Translations under genes and position numbers: made by a program | Shown here: positions 58,796 through 64,000 of the stretch, one piece after another | Position numbering within the stretch: the stretch's first letter is position 1 | How the letters are laid out: every line of letters begins with the position of its first letter | Notes under the pieces: generated by a model | What the model was told of the DNA's origin: nothing | Databases searched by the model: none | Seen by the model: only the letters and a program-made list of their open reading frames with translations | NCBI GenBank assembly: GCA_026388095.1 | Contig: JAPLKL010000069.1 | Coordinates: forward strand, 8,117-72,116 | From: Elusimicrobiota bacterium | Lineage (GTDB): Bacteria; Elusimicrobiota; Elusimicrobia; UBA1565; UBA9628 | Direction: 5' to 3' | Length of the DNA stretch: 64,000 bases

Positions 58796-60712
58796 TCAGC
58801 CCCGGGCCAGGTTGAGAACGCCGCCGGCCAGCAGGATGTCGCGCTCCCGCGGCGCGACTTCGAGACGGGCCTTGATGCGCAGTCCTCCCGCCTGGACCTC
58901 GACCTGCGTCTCCCCCTTCTGCAGGGCCGCGCGTATGCCGGGGATGCTCAGGGTCTGTCCCTGGGAGAGGCGGTCGTAGTCCGCCGCGTCGGCGAAGACC
59001 AGCGGTACGATGCCGAAGTTGATGAGGTTGGCGCGATGGATGCGCGCGAAGCTCTTGGCCAGCTTGGCCTTGATGCCCAGGTAGCGCGGCGCCAACGCCG
59101 CGTGCTCGCGCGAGGAGCCCTGGCCGTAGTTCTCGCCGCCCACGATGAAGCCCCCGCCCGAGGCCTGGGCGCGCTTGGCGAAGCCCTCCTCGATGATGGC
59201 GAAGACGAAATCGCTGATGGCCGGGATGTTGCTGCGCAAGGGCAGGACCTTGGCGCCCGCGGGCATGATGATGTCCGTGCTGATGTTGTCGCCGACCTTC
59301 AGCAGCACCTCCCCCTCCAATGACTCCGGCAGGGGCGGCGTCTCGGGCAGAGGCTTGATGTTCGGCCCGCGCACGATCGCCACGGAATCCGGGTCTTGGG
59401 CCGGCCGGATGAACCAGTCGCTCTTGAAGGTATAGAGCTTAGGATAGTCGATCTTCGGGTAGGTCCCGTGCCCGCGCGGATCCGTGATGCGGCCGGTCAG
59501 GGCCGAGGCGGCCGCGGTCTCGGGAGAGCAGAGGTAGACCTGGTCGTCCTTGGTGCCGCTGCGGCCCTTGAAGTTGCGCGGGAAGGTGCGCAGGGAGTTG
59601 ACCCCGGTGCCTGGCGCCTGGCCCATGCCGATGCAGCCCAGGCAGCCCGCCTCGCAGATGCGCGCGCCCGCCTCGAGCAGGGCCTTCAAGCCGCCCATGG
59701 CCAGGACGTTCTCCAAGGTCTGGCGGCTGCCCGGGTTGATCTGGAGCTCGACCGAGGGGTGCCGGAACTTGCCCTCCAGCATCTTGGCCGCGACCATGAA
59801 ATCCCGGTAGCTGCCGTTGGTGGAGGAGCCGATCAAGACCTGCTGGACCGGGACGGCGGAGAGTTCCCGGGCGGGCTTGACGTTGTCGGGGTTGCTGGGG
59901 CAGGCGACCAAAGGCTCGACGCTCCCCAGGTCCAGCTCCGTGGCCTCGTCCCAGCGCGGGTCCGGGCCGGTCTTGAGCTCCCGGAAATCACTCTCCCGGC
60001 CGTTGCGCGCCAGGTACTGCCGCGTCACCTCGTCGCAGGGAAAGATGCCGGCGGTGCAGCCCATGTCCACGGCCATGTTGGCCACAGCGGCGCGGTCCGC
60101 CATGTCGAGAGCGGCCACCCCGGGGCCGAAGAACTCGAGGATCTTGCCGATGCCCGCCTTGCAGGTGTGGCGCCGCAGAAGCTCCAGGATGAGGTCCTTG
60201 CCGGAGACGAAGGGCGCCAGCTTGCCGGTGAGGCGCACGCCCCAGACCTTTGGGGTCATGAGGTGGTAAGGCCGGCCCGCCATGGCCAGGGCCACCTCGA
60301 CTCCGCCCGCGCCCATGGCGAGCATGCCCAGGCAGCCCCCGGTGGTGGTGTGGCTGTCCGAGCCCAGCAAGGTCCGGCCCGGGACGCCGAAGCGCTGGCG
60401 ATGCACGTGGTGGGACACCCCGTTGCCGGCCGGGGAGAGTATGACGCCGAACTTGGCGGCGCAGGACTGCAGGAAGCGGTGGTCGTCGGCGTTGCGCGAG
60501 TCGGTCTGGATGATGTTGTGGTCGATGTAGCTGACCGCCAGGTCGACCTTGACCTTGGGCAGCCCCAGGGCCTCGAACTCGAGATAGACCATCGTTCCGG
60601 TGGCGTCCTGGGTGAGGGTCTGGTCGATGCGCAGGCCGATCTCGCGGCCCGGCCCGGGCGTGCCCTCTATGAGGTGCTCCGCGATGATGCGGCCGGCGAT
60701 GGTATCTTTCAT
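58796..60712 (-). CDS. Aconitase-family hydratase with fused catalytic and swivel domains (homoaconitase/IPM-isomerase-like)
   Basis: GSDSHTTTGG, an Fe-S Cys pattern (CEAGCLGCIG) and a C-terminal swivel domain (..GENYGQGSSREHAA..) are present. 638 aa. Confidence 0.75.
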   Translation of the reverse strand: MKDTIAGRIIAEHLIEGTPGPGREIGLRIDQTLTQDATGTMVYLEFEALGLPKVKVDLAVSYIDHNIIQTDSRNADDHRFLQSCAAKFGVILSPAGNGVSHHVHRQRFGVPGRTLLGSDSHTTTGGCLGMLAMGAGGVEVALAMAGRPYHLMTPKVWGVRLTGKLAPFVSGKDLILELLRRHTCKAGIGKILEFFGPGVAALDMADRAAVANMAVDMGCTAGIFPCDEVTRQYLARNGRESDFRELKTGPDPRWDEATELDLGSVEPLVACPSNPDNVKPARELSAVPVQQVLIGSSTNGSYRDFMVAAKMLEGKFRHPSVELQINPGSRQTLENVLAMGGLKALLEAGARICEAGCLGCIGMGQAPGTGVNSLRTFPRNFKGRSGTKDDQVYLCSPETAAASALTGRITDPRGHGTYPKIDYPKLYTFKSDWFIRPAQDPDSVAIVRGPNIKPLPETPPLPESLEGEVLLKVGDNISTDIIMPAGAKVLPLRSNIPAISDFVFAIIEEGFAKRAQASGGGFIVGGENYGQGSSREHAALAPRYLGIKAKLAKSFARIHRANLINFGIVPLVFADAADYDRLSQGQTLSIPGIRAALQKGETQVEVQAGGLRIKARLEVAPRERDILLAGGVLNLARG

Positions 60713-60761
60713 GTTCCGGGTCTCCTACCCGGAATTCTAGCGGATTTTTGGAGGAGAAGGG

Positions 60762-61112
60762 CTAGCGGGAGGCGAAGGACCCCGGCACCCAGTCTACGAT
60801 GACGCGCCGGGCCGAGAAGACCGCGCGGCCCGAGGTCGGGCGCGGAGGCAAAGACTGCTTGACGGGATTGAGGAGAGAGGGGACTTGCGCCCCACGGCTG
60901 AGCGCCGCGGCTTGGAGCCAGCCGCCCGCGGCCATAGGCAGGGCCGGCGAGGCCACGGCGTCGCGCATCCCGCTATCGGACACGGCGGCGATATCCGACG
61001 CTGCCGAAAGCGTGGGCATCCGGTCCATGTGCGTGACCACCCAACCGGCCACGAGGACGACCCCGGCGGCGCCTATGAACAGCTTGGTCGGTAAAGGGGA
61101 ATCCCAGTTCAT
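60762..61112 (-). CDS. Hypothetical small protein with one TM helix
   Basis: ORF only. The N-terminus has a hydrophobic helix (LFIGAAGVVLVAGWVV). No family recognised. Confidence 0.3.
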   Translation of the reverse strand: MNWDSPLPTKLFIGAAGVVLVAGWVVTHMDRMPTLSAASDIAAVSDSGMRDAVASPALPMAAGGWLQAAALSRGAQVPSLLNPVKQSLPPRPTSGRAVFSARRVIVDWVPGSFASR

Positions 61113-61249
61113 ACCGACATTATAGGGGACACCCCCCGTTCGAGAAAGGGTCGAAGGTCCTACCCTCCTAGGCCCCTGCCCGCACCGCCGCCTTGACCCT
61201 GGGGGGTGATTTTGAGGATACTCTGGACAGCGACGTCTTCCCGGGGGAA

Positions 61250-62695
61250 GCCATGAGCACGAAGAAGCTGCCGGTCATCAATCCAGCGACCGAAGAGGTC
61301 GTAGGCGAGATCCCCAATCAAGGGGCCCCGGAGGTCTGCGCCGCGGTGGCCCGGGCGCGCGCGGCCTTCCCGCAGTGGCGCCGGACCCCGGCGCATGAGC
61401 GGGCCGAGCTCATGCAGCGCGTCGCCCGAGGCTTGCGGGACAGGACGGAGCGCTTGGCCGTGCTCCTCACCAAGGAAGGCGGCAAGCCCCTGCGCGAGAA
61501 TCGCGACGAGGTGGGCTGGTGCGCCTCGGCTTTCGACTACTACGCCGGGCTCTGCCGCGCCGAGCGCGGCCGGGTCATCCCCTCCATCGAGGCCAGCCAG
61601 CTGGCCTTCGTGCTCCACGAGCCCTACGGCGTGGTGGGCGCCATCGTGCCCTGGAACTATCCTCTGCTGCTGGCGGCTTGGAAGCTCGCCCCGGCTCTGG
61701 CCGCGGGCAACACCGTGGTCCTCAAGCCGCCGAAGCAGACGCCTCTGTCCACCGTGGCCTGCCGGGAGATCTACTCCTGCCTCCCCGCGGGCGTCGTGGA
61801 GATCGTGACCGGCGCAGGCGTGCCCACGGGAGAGGCCTTGGTGCGGGATCCCGGCACGGACCTCATCGCCTTCACCGGCTCTTTGGAGATGGGCAAGCAG
61901 GTGGCCGCGGCCTGCGCGGGGATGGCCAAAAAGACGCATCTGGAGCTGGGCGGCAAGGACGCGTTCGTGGTCTGCGAGGACTCGGACCTGGAGGTGGCGG
62001 TCAAGGCCGTGGCCTGGGCCGCGTTCCTCAACACGGGCCAGGTCTGCACTGCGACCGAGCGGGTCTACGTGCACCAGTCCATCTACCGGGAGTTCCTGGA
62101 GCGGCTCAAGGCCTTCACGCAGAGCCTGAAGGTCGGCGACGGCATGGACCCGCGGACCGACGTTGGGCCGCTCATCGACGCGGCGGGCCGCGAGAAGGTC
62201 GAGGCGCAGGTGGCCGAGGCCCTCCGGCTCGGAGCCAGGCTGGTCTGCGGCGGCCGGCGGCCGGCCAAGCTCAAGAAGGGCTTTTTCTACGAGCCGACGG
62301 TGCTCTCCGGCGTGGACCACGGGATGGCCGTGATGCGCGAGGAGACCTTCGGCCCGGTCTGCCCGGTCATGCCTTACCAGGACTTCGACGAAGCCGTGCG
62401 CCTGGTCAACGACTCGCCCTACGGCCTGGGCGCCAACCTCTACACCCTGGACGCCCGCAGGGTCAAGCAGTTCTTCGAGGGCGTGCAGGCGGGGAGCATC
62501 TGGATCAACGACCCGCTGACCGACAACGACGCGGGCCCCTTCGGCGGCTTCAAGGCCAGCGGGGCCTCGCGCGAGCTGGGCGAGGAGGGTCTGCGGGAGT
62601 TCCAGCAGGCCAAGCACGTGCACTGGGATTTCGAGCAGAAGGCCAAGCCGTGGTGGTATCCCTACGGGGCCAAGGGAAAGAGGATCGAACCATGA
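61250..62695 (+). CDS. NAD(P)+-dependent aldehyde dehydrogenase
   Basis: Start MSTKKLPVINPATEEVVGEIP (ALDH N-terminus) was chosen within the track ORF. The catalytic Cys GQVCTATER, the Glu in LELGGKDA and the Rossmann motif GSLEMGKQV are present. Confidence 0.85.
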   Translation, partial: AMSTKKLPVINPATEEVVGEIPNQGAPEVCAAVARARAAFPQWRRTPAHERAELMQRVARGLRDRTERLAVLLTKEGGKPLRENRDEVGWCASAFDYYAGLCRAERGRVIPSIEASQLAFVLHEPYGVVGAIVPWNYPLLLAAWKLAPALAAGNTVVLKPPKQTPLSTVACREIYSCLPAGVVEIVTGAGVPTGEALVRDPGTDLIAFTGSLEMGKQVAAACAGMAKKTHLELGGKDAFVVCEDSDLEVAVKAVAWAAFLNTGQVCTATERVYVHQSIYREFLERLKAFTQSLKVGDGMDPRTDVGPLIDAAGREKVEAQVAEALRLGARLVCGGRRPAKLKKGFFYEPTVLSGVDHGMAVMREETFGPVCPVMPYQDFDEAVRLVNDSPYGLGANLYTLDARRVKQFFEGVQAGSIWINDPLTDNDAGPFGGFKASGASRELGEEGLREFQQAKHVHWDFEQKAKPWWYPYGAKGKRIEP

Positions 62696-63198
62696 AAAAG
62701 AGATTAACCCAGATCCTTGGGGTCGTGCTGACCAGCCGGCCCTCCATCGTGCTCTTCAACCTCATCATCGTGGTCATCTCCACCCTGACCATCTATCACG
62801 CCGCCCGCCTGCTGGCCACTCCGGCCAACGACTACAACGAGATCGAGCTGATGCTCGACGGGATAGGCACCATCCTCATCGCCTACGGGGTGGCTATCGA
62901 GGAAAGGGCCTCCTTGCTCAAGTTCTTCAAGCTCTGCCCGCTCCATGAGCATGTCGAGGAACGGTTCGAGAACCAGACCTGCCACTTCTACGGCTTGCTG
63001 CTCCTGATCCTCGGCCTGCTCATGGAGACCACCGTGCAGGCGGTCAAGCTGCCCAACCGCATACTCAACACCGAGGGCCTGGAGGGCGTCATCTTCGGGA
63101 TCGGCGTGTTCTTCTGCTCGATCGCGGTCGCGCTCCTCTGCCGGGCCTCCCAGCTGCTCGTGACCGGCGCCGCCGGAGAGGACGCGCCGGGAGGCTGA
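62692..63198 (+). CDS. Hypothetical membrane protein (3-4 TM helices)
   Basis: Start MKKRLTQ overlaps the ALDH stop as ATGA. The protein has hydrophobic helices. Confidence 0.5.
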   Translation: MKKRLTQILGVVLTSRPSIVLFNLIIVVISTLTIYHAARLLATPANDYNEIELMLDGIGTILIAYGVAIEERASLLKFFKLCPLHEHVEERFENQTCHFYGLLLLILGLLMETTVQAVKLPNRILNTEGLEGVIFGIGVFFCSIAVALLCRASQLLVTGAAGEDAPGG

Positions 63199-63210
63199 AA
63201 GGAGCGGACC

Positions 63211-64000
63211 CTAGAAGAGCAGGTCGATCTCGCCGTAGAAGTTGTAGGCGGGCTTGGCCCCGACGGCGTAGTTGGGGTTGAACACGAACTTCAGCGGGAC
63301 GATGAGTTGGAGGGGCACCCAGAGCCACCTGGGCAAAGTGTAATTGTCGAGGCCGATGAGCGGACCCAACTGCAGGCCCACGGCCGGGCTCAGCAAGAGG
63401 TGCTGCTGGCCGCTGCGGCTTTGCAGGCCGGTCTCCAGGTAGGAGTAGACTCCGAAATACCTCTTGCGCGAAACCCAGACGTCGCAGTTGTAGGTGCCGC
63501 CGACCTTGTACTGCGAGACGCTGGCTTCGGAATATTTCGCAGCGAGATTGACGGACCCCGTGTAGCCCACCCATTGGTCCACGGTCCCGGTCTTGTCCGG
63601 CGCGTCATGATAGTTGTTGTACGAGCTCATGTTGAGGCGCAGGCCGTAGAAGTCCCGGGGGGTCCCCCACATGTCGTAGGTGCCCAGGTTCAATATCACG
63701 GAATTAGCCACCCTGGTCCTGACGAAATTCCGCTGCGACAGCGGGGCGTTGACCTTCTTGAGTTCGGCGAGCTTGGCCGGGTCGAGCTTGTAATCGTCGA
63801 GGTCGCTGCCGAACGGGACCGGCATCATGGAGAGCGCCGCGAAGTTGTCTATGAAGAACCCCTGGAACTTTTCCTCATCGTCCGGGACCCGGGCGAGGAT
63901 ATCGTCGGGGTCGCCTTGCCGGGCCCGGTCATAGGCCCGCCAGACCTCGAGCAAGGACTGCGTCACCGCCGCGGTCACCTTGACCGCCGCCTCGGGCATC
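63211..64000 (-). CDS. Partial CDS (the N-terminus lies beyond the window end): putative outer-membrane beta-barrel protein
   Basis: The ORF is open to the window edge. The C-terminus ...NFYGEIDLLF ends in an aromatic residue, and alternating amphipathic beta-strand patterns are typical of outer-membrane proteins and porins. Confidence 0.5.
   Translation of the reverse strand, partial: MPEAAVKVTAAVTQSLLEVWRAYDRARQGDPDDILARVPDDEEKFQGFFIDNFAALSMMPVPFGSDLDDYKLDPAKLAELKKVNAPLSQRNFVRTRVANSVILNLGTYDMWGTPRDFYGLRLNMSSYNNYHDAPDKTGTVDQWVGYTGSVNLAAKYSEASVSQYKVGGTYNCDVWVSRKRYFGVYSYLETGLQSRSGQQHLLLSPAVGLQLGPLIGLDNYTLPRWLWVPLQLIVPLKFVFNPNYAVGAKPAYNFYGEIDLLF

Noticed and set aside
1-64000. Search for rRNA, tRNA and CRISPR arrays
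   Set aside because: By eye I found no clover-leaf-compatible 70-90-nt segments with conserved T-loop motifs (GTTCRANYC) in intergenic regions, no rRNA-like conserved stretches, and no regularly spaced 25-40-bp direct repeats. The only repeat structures are the in-frame coding tandem repeats and the inverted repeats reported above.

Overview
High-GC (~70%) genomic segment from a diderm (Gram-negative) bacterium. It is gene-dense, and many adjacent genes share ATGA/GTGA/TTGA stop-start overlaps, which points to operons with translational coupling. Most long six-frame ORFs that lie antisense to these genes are GC-driven artefacts. Recognisable blocks, in window order:
- 1-9.6 kb, minus strand: a redox-sensing operon. 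It encodes a Tat-dependent 4Fe-4S protein, an NrfD-like membrane subunit, a 9-haem cytochrome c, a histidine kinase with a Cys-rich insert in its ATPase domain, and two response regulators whose output domain is GcvH-like. A GT4 glycosyltransferase, a methyltransferase and a secreted glycerophosphodiester phosphodiesterase accompany it.
- 10.2-23.8 kb, minus strand: pilMNOPQ, followed by a membrane glycan-modification block. The block holds an O-antigen-ligase-like protein with TPR repeats, two YfhO-like GT-C proteins, an MprF-flippase-like protein, a Trm112-type methyltransferase and an SGNH hydrolase.
- 24.0-31.2 kb, plus strand: a six-gene inositol-based cluster. It contains myo-inositol-1-phosphate synthase, an IPCT/DIPPS-like CDP-alcohol transferase fusion, a Gfo/Idh/MocA dehydrogenase, a class-III aminotransferase, an ATP-grasp ligase and a HAD-phosphatase/nucleotidyltransferase fusion. 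It ends in a tandem-hairpin terminator. The predicted product is a di-inositol-phosphate-like or aminocyclitol phosphodiester compound.
- 31.4-43.5 kb, plus strand: outer-membrane biogenesis genes bamA-skp-lpxD-lpxC-fabZ-lpxA-lpxI-(GnnA-like oxidoreductase)-lpxB, then an MsbA-like transmembrane domain with no ATPase domain, then a short Rel/SpoT.
- 43.5-44.1 kb: a ~590-bp MITE-like element with ~30-bp terminal inverted repeats and an 8-bp target-site duplication. It carries an XRE-family HTH gene and sits just upstream of rplM-rpsI.
- 46.2-55.1 kb, minus strand: the most unusual locus. A NifH-like ATPase is followed by three paralogous radical-SAM proteins with Cys-rich C-termini, an A24 prepilin-peptidase-like membrane protein, a NifH::nitrogenase-component-1 fusion protein with a (PGPGPD)n linker, and a second nitrogenase-component-1-like protein. 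All seven genes are translationally coupled. This does not match known Nif, Bch, Cfb or Mar systems.
- 55.1-64 kb: an ACE-like M2 peptidase, a CPA2 antiporter, a HAD phosphatase, an aconitase-family hydratase, an aldehyde dehydrogenase and a partial outer-membrane protein.
I recognised no rRNA, tRNA or CRISPR array.
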